From Methanotrichaceae archaeon (GTDB lineage: Archaea > Halobacteriota > Methanosarcinia > Methanotrichales > Methanotrichaceae), in NCBI GenBank assembly GCA_963803145.1, contig CAWDLW010000016.1, forward strand, positions 64,001 to 128,000: a DNA stretch of 64,000 bases, read 5' to 3'. The notes beneath the pieces are model-generated. The model was not told the origin of the DNA. It did no database searches and was given only the letters and a program-made list of their open reading frames with translations. Positions 31,848 to 41,334 of this stretch are shown here, one piece after another. The position numbers and the translations under genes were made by a program. Each line of letters opens with the position of its first letter. Position 1 is the first letter of the stretch.

Positions 31848-32753
31848 ATGAAATGCATCCGGTGTGACGAGAATGCCATAGTTTCGCAAAGATATTCGGG
31901 CAAGCACCTATGTGGTAGCCATTTCATAGAGGACTTCGACAAAAGGGTCGAGGAAACGCTGGAAAAAAGGCTTATGATAACGCAAGGTGATCGAATAGCT
32001 GTTGCTGTGAGTGGTGGGAAGGATAGTACAGCCCTCCTGTATGCTCTGAATAAAATTCTGATAGGCAAGGGCACGAGGATCTTTGCGATAACCGTAGATG
32101 AAGGAATAAATGGCTATAGAGATGATACGATAAGATCCGCTGAAAGGATTGCAGAAGACCTCGGAATTGAGCATAAGATCGTCTCATTCAGAGACTTGTA
32201 CGGCTTTGATCTGGATGAGATTATCGAAGGAAAAGAGGCGGCTCCGTGTACTTACTGCGGAGTGTTTAGAAAGAATGCACTGAATAGAACCGCGAAGCGG
32301 ATGAGTGCTACAAAAGTGGCAACCGGCCACAATCTCGACGATGAAGCTCAATCAGTTTTGATGAACTACATGAAAGGCGACATTGAGCGTCTGATGAGGT
32401 TCAGACCCAGGCGTATTCAGCCAGGGCTTGTCCCTAGGATCAAGCCTTTTCGCGAGATCCTCGAGAAAGAGACAGCCCTTTACTGCATGATCAATGGGAT
32501 CTATGCAGAGTCACGTGAGTGCCCTTATGCCAAGCTGTCGTTAAGGGCCGATGTCAGAGATATGATAAACAGGCTCGAAAACCTCTATCCGGGGACGAAG
32601 CATTCGGTTTTGAAGGGTTTTGAAAAGGTAACGGAGCTTGCTGGCAGCGAATGGACTCAGATGGATCTGGCATCATGTGGGATCTGCGGCGAGCCGTGTG
32701 TCAAGGATGTCTGCAAGGCATGTGAGCTGCTGGGCAAGCTGAAGGGTGCTTAG
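31848..32753 (+). CDS. ncsA: TIGR00269-type tRNA 2-thiolation protein (NcsA/TtuA, PP-loop)
   Basis: N- and C-terminal zinc fingers, SGGKDS, CTYCGVFR, TGHNLDD and CPY. Confidence 0.88.
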   Translation: MKCIRCDENAIVSQRYSGKHLCGSHFIEDFDKRVEETLEKRLMITQGDRIAVAVSGGKDSTALLYALNKILIGKGTRIFAITVDEGINGYRDDTIRSAERIAEDLGIEHKIVSFRDLYGFDLDEIIEGKEAAPCTYCGVFRKNALNRTAKRMSATKVATGHNLDDEAQSVLMNYMKGDIERLMRFRPRRIQPGLVPRIKPFREILEKETALYCMINGIYAESRECPYAKLSLRADVRDMINRLENLYPGTKHSVLKGFEKVTELAGSEWTQMDLASCGICGEPCVKDVCKACELLGKLKGA

Positions 32754-32792
32754 TGTATCTAGCGATCTCCTTCCCAGCTAGGGCTTCCTGCT

Positions 32793-33635
32793 TCAAAGAA
32801 CACCTTCGGGTTTATCCACAGGCTTGATCCCACTGACTTTTATGCTAGATATCGAACCTTCGACCTCTTTTAGCTGTCCTTCAGACACCATCAAGCCCTC
32901 CAAAATTCTACCGCCTATTGGATCGTTAGCCACACAGTCTAATGGGAAAATTGATTCATCGACCACAGAGACCTCCTTAAACCCGGCTGATTTAATGGCA
33001 TCCAGGTACTTATCCTTCATCAAGGCGCCTGAGATGCAGCCGACATATGCTTCGACCGATTCTCTTACGAATCCCGGCAGTTTCTTGAGTAAAACGATAT
33101 CCGATACCATTAGCCTTCCACCTGGTTTAAGCACCCTGAATGCCTCTTTGAATGCTCTCTCCTTACTCGGCACCAGATTGATGACGCAGTTGGAGATTAT
33201 TACATCGATGGAATTATCCTCGACAGGCAATTTTTCAATCTCTCCCTGTCTGAATTCCACGTTCTTGTAGCCTCCTTTCAGGGCGTTGGCTCTCGCCTGT
33301 GCCAACATCTCTGCAGTCATGTCAACCCCTATGACCTTACCATTCGGACCTACCTTATTTGAAGCCAGGAAACAGTCGAAACCTGCACCTGATCCAAGAT
33401 CGAGAACAGTCTCTCCATCTTTAATCGATGCAAGGGCAGTCGGGTTGCCACAGCCTAGTCCCAAGTTTGATCCTGAAGGCACCGCCTGCATTTCCTCATC
33501 AGTGTAGCCGATTCTCTTGCTGATCTCCTTGGGCTTAGCGGTTCCACAGCATCCTACTGAACAGCAGCTGTCGTTCTGGTTTGCAGCTCGGGCATATTTC
33601 TCCCTTACCACCTTCTTTATCTCTTGCTCATTCAT
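32793..33635 (-). CDS. arsM: Arsenite S-adenosylmethionine methyltransferase
   Basis: N-terminal CC..CC, GLGCGNP, LDLGSGAGFD, SNCVINL and YVGCISGA. Confidence 0.93.
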   Translation of the reverse strand: MNEQEIKKVVREKYARAANQNDSCCSVGCCGTAKPKEISKRIGYTDEEMQAVPSGSNLGLGCGNPTALASIKDGETVLDLGSGAGFDCFLASNKVGPNGKVIGVDMTAEMLAQARANALKGGYKNVEFRQGEIEKLPVEDNSIDVIISNCVINLVPSKERAFKEAFRVLKPGGRLMVSDIVLLKKLPGFVRESVEAYVGCISGALMKDKYLDAIKSAGFKEVSVVDESIFPLDCVANDPIGGRILEGLMVSEGQLKEVEGSISSIKVSGIKPVDKPEGVL

Positions 33636-33701
33636 GTTTCCACCTTTTATCTAAAATATTTAATATGATTTTTATCAAAATGTACCTATCTGACTACAAT
33701 A

Positions 33702-33989
33702 TTATCTCTTGAAAATTTCATCCATAACTGGCCCGAGCATCGACTTTACCATGCCCTCAAGCTCTTCGACCTTGATCAGAGAGAGACAGCAGATCTTTCC
33801 ATTTCTCTCCATGCTCACCACTGCCAATTTATCTCCAGGCTTTATCTTTGCCTTTTCTCTGATATCCTTGGGAAGAACCATCTGTCCCCTTTCATCCACA
33901 GTTACTATCGATTCCACTTTGCAGCAGCTCATTATGCCAGGCGTGCAGCACTGTTCCATCTCATTTTCAGCGGTCATATCATACTCCAA
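33702..33989 (-). CDS. AbrB/MazE-family regulator with vicinal cysteines (HgcC-like / HgcAB-associated family)
   Basis: CCKVESIVTVDERGQMVLPKDIREKAKIKPGDKL...KICCL. Confidence 0.8.
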   Translation of the reverse strand: MEYDMTAENEMEQCCTPGIMSCCKVESIVTVDERGQMVLPKDIREKAKIKPGDKLAVVSMERNGKICCLSLIKVEELEGMVKSMLGPVMDEIFKR

Positions 33990-34000
33990 GCCACCATTGC

Positions 34001-34048
34001 ATTCTCTGAGAATTTAAACTTTTCTGATAAATCCGTATATTCTGACAA
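34001..34048. promoter_or_regulatory. Three TCTGANAA direct repeats at 18-bp spacing plus palindrome ATTCTC-T-GAGAAT, upstream of the AbrB-like gene and arsM
   Basis: Copies start at 34005, 34023 and 34041. Confidence 0.55.
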
Positions 34049-34105
34049 AAAGGGATGTTCAATTTAAAATGGAATATCGGCTCTTAGGCGTAAGGCAATG
34101 GAAAG

Positions 34106-34553
34106 CTACTGGAACGTTTTGACTATCCATTCCCTTATTTCATCTCTCACTTGCCTGAAGACTTTGAGCTGTTCATCCTCTGAACCTTCTGCGGTGCTCG
34201 GATCTTTAAAAGTCTTATGGACGGTCTTTTTGGCTGCCGGAGCTGTAGCTGGAGCCTTAAGGCTTATCCCGCAAATCGGGCACGCTTCTTTGGCCTTATC
34301 GCAAACTGTGACCGCCAGGTCGAATAGAATGCCTCGATACTCGTCCATTGTTTTCGAGTGCAGGCCAGATATATCGATGCCAATTTCATTCATGACCTCA
34401 ACAGCGCGAGGGTCAATCCGCGTTGCTTCAATCCCTGCACTATAGGCTTCATACCGATCTCCATACAAAGTCCTCAGCAATCCTTCCGCCATTTGAGATC
34501 TGGCAGAGTTGTGGAAACACAGAAATAGGACTTTCTTTTGCCTCGAGCTTCAT
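34106..34553 (-). pseudogene. arsC: Thioredoxin-coupled (LMWP-type) arsenate reductase with its start codon out of frame
   Basis: KKVLFLCFHNSARSQMAEG, TVCD...CPIC and FKDP. The ATG at 34553 is out of frame with the P-loop (GAG GCA AAA GAA AGT vs AAG AAA GTC). Confidence 0.85.
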
Positions 34554-34584
34554 ATTTCGATGTCATATATCCCACACTTACACA

Positions 34585-35202
34585 TTATACTCGTCCAGCT
34601 CTATTGGTTACAGTGTTTAGTCTATACAAGCTCTGCCGAGCATCCGGGAAGTAAAAGCACTCCTTGATTAGACTTTCCTCTTTTAGCTTGACCAATGCAT
34701 ATCTGACTGTGTTGGTATGTAGATGGGTCTTGCTTATGAGATCCTTCAGTGTCAGAGGGCCGTCAGATGCTAGGATATCAAAGACCTGCTTTGCCGAAGG
34801 CGGCAGATACTCTATCACATCCAGGTCAGGCGGTCCTGTAGCATCAAAATTGGCCTGAGAGGAAGCCGGATACGCGATTTTATTAACAGAGCGCGAAGAA
34901 CTTGTAGAGAGGCTCTCCTGACCATATGAGCTGGAACTGCCCTTGCCAAAGTAAGAGTGGCCTGAGTTAGACGCCTCTATGATGGAGTACAACGAAACCT
35001 GACAGGTAGATCCTTGGGACGGAGGAGAATTTTGACATTTGCCACTACAGTTCATTGCGTGAGAGCACTTAAAACCCCCTGACATGAGTGGGCAGCTATT
35101 TTCGATATGTACTTGTACCTGAGGGAGTGCAGGGGCCGGGGCTACAAGGATGCATAGAACTGCTAACGCTGCAAGCCATCTTATGATCTTAATCTCACTC
35201 AC
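34585..35202 (-). CDS. N-terminal signal/anchor and Cys-rich linker fused to a MarR-like wHTH
   Basis: C-terminal LPPSAKQVF..L...GPLT...TVRYAL..L...DARQSLY; hydrophobic N-terminus; GGAGG RBS. Confidence 0.7.
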   Translation of the reverse strand: MSEIKIIRWLAALAVLCILVAPAPALPQVQVHIENSCPLMSGGFKCSHAMNCSGKCQNSPPSQGSTCQVSLYSIIEASNSGHSYFGKGSSSSYGQESLSTSSSRSVNKIAYPASSQANFDATGPPDLDVIEYLPPSAKQVFDILASDGPLTLKDLISKTHLHTNTVRYALVKLKEESLIKECFYFPDARQSLYRLNTVTNRAGRV

Positions 35203-35544
35203 CTCCGTTCCCTTCTTAATGATCTACGATTGCAAGTTCCTCTCTAAAGATGATCCCCAATATATAAAGAGCCATCTGAGCTCCTGAACTGCTTAATATG
35301 CCCTGGGCTTTGATAAAGCCAATACTTTGTAATATCCATCGGCGATGTAGTCTCTAGGACTATTTATCCCAAGGCATTTGTGCTTAATGAATATACTATC
35401 GCATCAAAAAAGAAATAGCTACAAACAATTAATCACAAATTACATCATAATTCGTTCCAAGTCACCATCAACGTTTGTGCAAACCTAAATCGTCATATGC
35501 CTGTTATGTATTGTATCTCAATGTAAAAAAGATGAAGTGATTTC

Positions 35545-36150
35545 GTGATAAGATCAAAATTCATTTTGGCTTCTATGACTATAGCTCTTATGCTAGTTGT
35601 GGCATGTTTGGCTTCTAATGCAGCTGCGCAATCGTGTAGCGGATGTACGCAATCATCATGCCCCTATTCGCAAGAGTGGAACGCGAAGAGCTTTTTGGAG
35701 GATACGCCAACAGAAACCGGCCTCAGTGCCACTGGAGAGAACGCTATTAGAGATTCGGATAAATCAAACAGCTCTATAGATGTGCCAGCGCTAAGCGTTG
35801 ATCTGAAGAATGCAAGTGCCGAGCCTAATCCAGTGAACTTAGGACGCCCTGTTAGAATCACCGCAGTTCTCAGTGAAAACTCTGCAATCACGAATGTGAG
35901 CAATATGGCAGCTTACGCGATCATCAGAAATTCTGTCGGCATACAGGTCGGCAATGTAAACCTAGAGCACACCTCTGGAAATGAATATGACGGCGTCTGG
36001 AACGCCAGTATTGCAACAGGAACCTACAATGCCGCTATAATGGCATCTGCATCAGGCGTATCCAAGACATTTGATAATGCCATGCAGATTGAGGTAATCG
36101 GCTCTGATAACACCACAGGAAACACGCGCACCTACAAAAAGCTGGGATGA
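35545..36150 (+). CDS. Secreted protein with CxxC and an Ig-like beta domain (paralog of the rhodanese C-terminal domain)
   Basis: Signal peptide and CSGC. The segment NASAEPNP...EYDGVW...ASASGVSKTF aligns with the C-terminus of 56991-58388. Confidence 0.75.
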   Translation: MIRSKFILASMTIALMLVVACLASNAAAQSCSGCTQSSCPYSQEWNAKSFLEDTPTETGLSATGENAIRDSDKSNSSIDVPALSVDLKNASAEPNPVNLGRPVRITAVLSENSAITNVSNMAAYAIIRNSVGIQVGNVNLEHTSGNEYDGVWNASIATGTYNAAIMASASGVSKTFDNAMQIEVIGSDNTTGNTRTYKKLG

Positions 36151-36174
36151 TGCTGGCTGGGGGTTTACTCATAT

Positions 36175-37464
36175 ATGATCAGTTACGCGCTGAAGGAATT
36201 AAGGAATAGGAAAAAGAAATATTTCCTAAATATAATGGTAATTGGCCTCGTCGTGGTTCTGCTCATCACTCTAAATTCCTTGGGCATTGCATTTAAAGAA
36301 GCATCGAAGCTGCCCTTTGAGAACATCCACAGCAGCATAATCGTTCAGAGGAGCGGGAACGTCCCGGTGAACACATCTGGCGCAGTCACCCCTTGCTCAC
36401 TTGCTCCCATAAATGGCGAGTACTTATCACAGATAAACAAAATTAGCGGGGTGAAGGGGATATCCTACGGGCTGTTTCTGTGGGCATTCGATAAAGACAA
36501 CTTCAAACGCGTCCTCGGAGTGAACTGGAGTGATGATCGAGGCAAAATGATCGGGTCGGAGCTGATCGAGGGGTCTTTGCCGCAGTCCGACTCTGATGCA
36601 TTAGTTGAGAGAGGCTATGCGCAGCAGCACGGATTAAAACTTAACCAAAAAATGAAAGTATCCGGAACCGATTTTACTATATCGGGCATCGTCGAGACTT
36701 CGGGAAAAGACGTTGTGTCCTCGGATGTTTTCGTCAACCTGAGCTCAGCTCAAATCATGGCTTACAACTCAAAGAATCTCCAGGACACTGAGAAATTTAA
36801 TAAAGGCGACATTAATATAATCTTTGTAGATGCTGACCAGACGAACGTAAAGGAAGTGACAGATAACCTGAAGGCACTTTTCAGCTCGTCTCCCTCAAAC
36901 GGCGGGAAGACGCCAACGGGCCAGACCACAGGTGCCTTCAGCATCTATACGCCGGAATCGTTCGAGAGCCAGATATCATCGCTTTTCTTGATATCGGATA
37001 AACTGATATTAACCGTCTCGCTGGTGGCTTTGATCGGCGCTGTGCTGATCGTCATTAAAAGCATGAGTCACGCGCTCATGGAAAGAAGGAAGGAATTTGG
37101 CATAATGAAGGCAGTTGGCTTCAGGAGCAGGGACATACGGAATGAGGTCGCTGCTGAGACGCTTCTCCAGGCCTTAATAGGGTACGGAATCGGGATCGTG
37201 ATGTCTTTAATCGCTATATTTGCACTGGCAAAAACCACCGTGTCGATAGCCATACCTTGGGAAATGAGCCCCTATCCACATTTCCTCACATCGGACCCGA
37301 ACCTCATAGCTCCAGTACAGACGTATCCCTTCCCTATCAAGTTCGAGGTGGTGTACTCGGCAGAAGTATTGATAGCAGTCTTCGCAATCAGCCTTCTGAC
37401 GGTATTGGTCTTGAACAGATACATAAATGGGCTTAATGCCATGGAGGTGCTAAGGTATGAGTGA
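36175..37464 (+). CDS. MacB/FtsX-type ABC permease
   Basis: N-terminal TM, large extracytoplasmic domain and ERRKEFGIMKAVG. Confidence 0.88.
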   Translation: MISYALKELRNRKKKYFLNIMVIGLVVVLLITLNSLGIAFKEASKLPFENIHSSIIVQRSGNVPVNTSGAVTPCSLAPINGEYLSQINKISGVKGISYGLFLWAFDKDNFKRVLGVNWSDDRGKMIGSELIEGSLPQSDSDALVERGYAQQHGLKLNQKMKVSGTDFTISGIVETSGKDVVSSDVFVNLSSAQIMAYNSKNLQDTEKFNKGDINIIFVDADQTNVKEVTDNLKALFSSSPSNGGKTPTGQTTGAFSIYTPESFESQISSLFLISDKLILTVSLVALIGAVLIVIKSMSHALMERRKEFGIMKAVGFRSRDIRNEVAAETLLQALIGYGIGIVMSLIAIFALAKTTVSIAIPWEMSPYPHFLTSDPNLIAPVQTYPFPIKFEVVYSAEVLIAVFAISLLTVLVLNRYINGLNAMEVLRYE

Positions 37465-38122
37465 GATAATTATCGCAAATAATCTGTCCAAAACACTGGG
37501 CGATGTCAAGGCGGTCAGCGCCGTCTCCCTCGATGTGAGAAAGGGCGATTTCCTCGCCATTCAGGGATCGTCGGGATCGGGGAAGACAACGCTATTGAGC
37601 CTTCTGTCAGGACTTGATAGGGCAGACGCTGGAGAGATCACGTTCGGTGGAGAAGATATCACCTCCATGAGCGAAGATGAACTTGCCCTGTTCAGAAGAA
37701 AAAACGTGGGTATCGTTTTTCAATCGTACAACCTGATACCGACTCTGAACGTCCTTGAGAACATCGCCCTGCCTTTATTCCCGGAGAGTGGAAATAAAAA
37801 AGAGATGTTTGAAGGAGCAAAAACGGTTGCAGAGAGCGTAGGGTTAAGCCAGCGCCTGAATCACTATCCGAACGAACTGTCGGGTGGTGAGCAGCAGAGA
37901 GTGGCGATCGCTAGAGCATTGATCAATGACCCAAAGGTCATCTTTGCAGATGAGCCTACGGGAAACCTTGACTCTGAGACGGGCCGGAAGATGATGGATC
38001 TCCTGAAGAGCCTCAACAAAGAGAAGGGTGTGACAATTGTCATGGTCACCCATGATAACGGCCTGGCAAAAGAGGCTGATAGATTGATAGAAATAAAAGA
38101 TGGAGTGGTAACAAATGAGTAA
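37457..38122 (+). CDS. LolD/MacB-type ABC ATP-binding protein
   Basis: GSSGSGKT, LSGGEQQR and ADEPTGNLD. Confidence 0.93.
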   Translation: MSEIIIANNLSKTLGDVKAVSAVSLDVRKGDFLAIQGSSGSGKTTLLSLLSGLDRADAGEITFGGEDITSMSEDELALFRRKNVGIVFQSYNLIPTLNVLENIALPLFPESGNKKEMFEGAKTVAESVGLSQRLNHYPNELSGGEQQRVAIARALINDPKVIFADEPTGNLDSETGRKMMDLLKSLNKEKGVTIVMVTHDNGLAKEADRLIEIKDGVVTNE

Positions 38123-38519
38123 AAAGATTTTAGCAGTATGTGTCCTGTGCCTATTATCCTTGACATGTGGGGCGGTAGCGACCTCGACAGATAAGGTGAA
38201 TATCGATGTAGCGGGAATGATAAATCACGGCCCAATGCAGCCGACCGTCACAGCGATAAAAGAAGTGACCTCTAAGTATGGCGATAATGTGACCGTGAAC
38301 TGGATAGACATCACGACCGATGCAGGCCAGAAGTGGGTCCAGGATTGCGGCCTGACAGCGCACATGAACATTCTCATAAATGGATATTACAAGTATACGC
38401 TGGACGGAAAGGAAGTGACCTTCCAATGGTTTGAAGGCCAATACTGGACCAAAGAAGATTTGGATGCCGTAATCAACGATGTTCTGAGCAACAATGGCAA
38501 GGCGACACCCATAAGCTGA
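38115..38519 (+). CDS. Small secreted accessory protein (possible thioredoxin-like fold, no CxxC)
   Basis: Signal peptide; embedded in the ABC operon with overlapping ends. Confidence 0.65.
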   Translation: MSKKILAVCVLCLLSLTCGAVATSTDKVNIDVAGMINHGPMQPTVTAIKEVTSKYGDNVTVNWIDITTDAGQKWVQDCGLTAHMNILINGYYKYTLDGKEVTFQWFEGQYWTKEDLDAVINDVLSNNGKATPIS

Positions 38520-38544
38520 GCAATTGAAACGTGGAGACAGATTA

Positions 38545-39723
38545 ATGTACATCCCATATATTTTTAAGGAGATGTTCCGGAGGAAGTCCAGAACGCTGAC
38601 CAATGTGCTGACAATCGCGGTAATTATTGCAATGCTCCTCTCAGTTACCGCCATCATGAACGCTTACACCTCCGCCATCTATCTCCCGTTCAAAGACGTT
38701 GGTTCTGATATAATACTCCAGAAATCATATAACACGACGAACTTGACCTCGGGGATAAGATTGCCCTTTGAGAAAGGGACTTTTAGCGATAATGAGATAG
38801 CAAGCATCTCAACTCTTCGCCATGTTCAGGATATCTCAAGATCTCTTGTGCTATGGGACTTTAACAAAAAAGGGTTTACATCGATAGAAGGCATTAAAAC
38901 AGACAGCTTCACGGGCAAAAAGCTCAGTTCCTGGGTTACTAAAGGCAGGTTCATAAATGCCAGTGACAACAATAAGGCCGTCTTGGAAAGCCACTTCGCC
39001 AAGTTCAATCACCTGAAGGTTGGTGATAATATATCCTTGGGGAGCAAGACTTTCAAGGTCGTAGGCATATTGACAATAGGTGAAGGAAGCCCCATATTCG
39101 CGAACAATATATATATAAAATCATCGGACGCTCAAAATATCAGCGGCATAAAAGAATACGATCAGTTATATTTAAAGATAGACGATATCTCCAATGAGGA
39201 AGCGGTGAAAGAGGAAATCAGTCGGATCGACCCCACGATAACTGCTATCTCCGGGAACTACATCTCAGCGTCACTCAGTAACGTATTGAGCATATATGGC
39301 ACGTTCTATTGGGTTGGCGTGGGTGTTATGGCTCTGATAGCCATTCTGGTGCTGTTTAAGGTTAATGCGATGGCGCTTCTTGAAAGGAGAAGGGATATCG
39401 CAATACTGCAATCTGTTGGGTGGACGAAGAAGGAGATAACCAAACAGATTCTCTATGAGACATCTATGCAAACAATGTTGGGATTTGTCCTGGGAACTAT
39501 CGCCAGCATTGCAGTTATATCCTTCCTTGAGACCGTCAGCATTCAGAGCACCTCTACGGGTCTGGAGAGCACTCCTACAACAATAACAATGCCATTAACT
39601 CTTTCCTCAAGCATCATAGCAGATTACCTTGGCGTGATTATTGTAATCTCTCTCCTAGTATCGTATCTGCTGGCGAGGAAAATAGCAGCGATCAAGCCAT
39701 CAGAGAACCTGAGGAGTATGTAA
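38545..39723 (+). CDS. MacB/FtsX-type ABC permease (second)
   Basis: RRKSRT, ERRRDIAILQSVGW and IKPSENLR. Confidence 0.88.
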   Translation: MYIPYIFKEMFRRKSRTLTNVLTIAVIIAMLLSVTAIMNAYTSAIYLPFKDVGSDIILQKSYNTTNLTSGIRLPFEKGTFSDNEIASISTLRHVQDISRSLVLWDFNKKGFTSIEGIKTDSFTGKKLSSWVTKGRFINASDNNKAVLESHFAKFNHLKVGDNISLGSKTFKVVGILTIGEGSPIFANNIYIKSSDAQNISGIKEYDQLYLKIDDISNEEAVKEEISRIDPTITAISGNYISASLSNVLSIYGTFYWVGVGVMALIAILVLFKVNAMALLERRRDIAILQSVGWTKKEITKQILYETSMQTMLGFVLGTIASIAVISFLETVSIQSTSTGLESTPTTITMPLTLSSSIIADYLGVIIVISLLVSYLLARKIAAIKPSENLRSM

Positions 39724-40026
39724 ATGAATGTATCCCTTTGTGCTATTGGACGTTGTGAGGATCGCCATGCCCTCTAAGCCGTTACGGGCAAGTGCGACAT
39801 GGCCTTAGATCCTTTTCGCGCGCTAGCTATCTTTAGTTAGCTATTAGCAGTCGATATTTCTACGATCCCCAACACATTTTACAGCAAATTCGGTTCAATA
39901 CCTATTAAACTGCTTTAGGAAACTAGAAATGCTTCCAGATTGAAGTATTCCTTGACATTTAGTACGCCCTACGAAATGTCAGTTAAGCAGCAACAGGGTG
40001 ACTTTCAGCGTTTCCCTGTTGTTCGC

Positions 40027-40182
40027 TTATCTTCTGACATCTTCTTTCATCAATTGCGTTAAGGCATATGCAATTGCATGGCTGCGCGTAGCAAACCTAT
40101 TTTCTTCGATTTCTTTATCCATCCACTTTAATTGATCATCATCTACTGTGATGGATATCTGGACTTTCTTTTTCGCAGTCAT
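40027..40182 (-). CDS. Ribbon-helix-helix (CopG/Arc/MetJ) protein, not in ORF track
   Basis: My translation is MTAKKKVQISITVDDDQLKWMDKEIEENRFATRSHAIAYALTQLMKEDVRR*. Confidence 0.85.
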   Translation of the reverse strand: MTAKKKVQISITVDDDQLKWMDKEIEENRFATRSHAIAYALTQLMKEDVRR

Positions 40183-40273
40183 ATTGCATCTCTATAAATG
40201 ATATAGCATAAATACTTTGCTTATTGGATAAGTATTTATAGGATAGAATCCTATGGGGTGATGGGTGTACTAA

Positions 40274-40555
40274 ATGTATGGAAAAACAACCTTTGAGTAT
40301 GAGCTAGAACCCCTAGCAGCAGAGCTAATTGAGCGCAATCCAATGGGCTTTTTAAGTGAGGTTGAATTTGGCTGGCCCTGTATAATAGCAATCCATGTCC
40401 TGGAGAGCAGTTGTCTGGATACACCCAAGGTAATTATCCAATGCTCCTCTCAGAAGATCAGAGCTTTTGAGACCGCCTGTCGGAGGGCGAAGGCCGCATG
40501 CATGCAATTCAGATCTCCTGTGAGCGCTCCGTCCACAGCTGCGAAGGCGATCTAA
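40274..40555 (+). CDS. Hypothetical protein
   Basis: ORF divergent from the RHH gene and abutting the next ORF. Confidence 0.5.
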   Translation: MYGKTTFEYELEPLAAELIERNPMGFLSEVEFGWPCIIAIHVLESSCLDTPKVIIQCSSQKIRAFETACRRAKAACMQFRSPVSAPSTAAKAI

Positions 40556-41119
40556 GTGGCTGCCCCCAACCTTTCTGAAAACATAGTGCTGATAGCAACC
40601 GATTCAGTAACTACAGGCATGTTATCAGGGCTGAGCATGGCGCTGGACGAGCTTCATCCCATGGCAGCCAAGATTGCCGATTTGAAAAAGGATACTCTGG
40701 AAAAAGAGGCAGCAGTCTTGAAAGCGATCCTGGAAAAGGTCACACCACTGGTGCCCCTGTTGAGTACGGACTATGAGCAATGTTACCGCCGAAAGATAGT
40801 CATTCTGACCAGAGAAGAAAGGATACAGTTTGAGAAGGGTCTAGGTTTTTTCAGCGAGTACAAGCTAATCCTCTATGAGAACGGCCGGTTGGTAAGGATG
40901 CATCGCTATGGCGAATGGTCGGAAAGTCCGCGCCTGGGATGGGAAAATATCGATGAGGATAAGCTTACACCCGAGGCAGCTATAACCGCATTCGGTCTCA
41001 CGGCTATTTCAGAGGGCTTGATAAAGGTTCTTGGCAACGCCTCATCAATAGTTATCATTAAAGAGGAGCTTGAAGGCAGGCTCTCAGCTTTAACCATGGC
41101 CCTGGAGGCTCTACTGTGA
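40556..41119 (+). CDS. Hypothetical protein
   Basis: 187-aa ORF with protein-like composition. Confidence 0.6.
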   Translation: MAAPNLSENIVLIATDSVTTGMLSGLSMALDELHPMAAKIADLKKDTLEKEAAVLKAILEKVTPLVPLLSTDYEQCYRRKIVILTREERIQFEKGLGFFSEYKLILYENGRLVRMHRYGEWSESPRLGWENIDEDKLTPEAAITAFGLTAISEGLIKVLGNASSIVIIKEELEGRLSALTMALEALL

Positions 41120-41334
41120 GGCAGTGGCAAATGCCAACGAATAAATGGGCGATAAAATAGCTATGTTGGTCTACCTATATTGAGTTGTTGAACATCGTCT
41201 TTGTACCTTTGTATGGGAGGTAATCTTGAAAGTACATGAAGCCCAAAAACGCTCTTTGTGCCTTGCTATGAAAAACATTCGATTATCGCCAGCAGGCGAT
41301 CATTTTTCGTTCTTCAGGCGCGATTCAACACCTA

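Noticed and set aside
31848-32753. NcsA/TtuA as the acceptor of the DsrEFH-like sulfur relay
   Set aside because: It is a housekeeping gene 27 kb away at the island edge, so proximity gives no real support.
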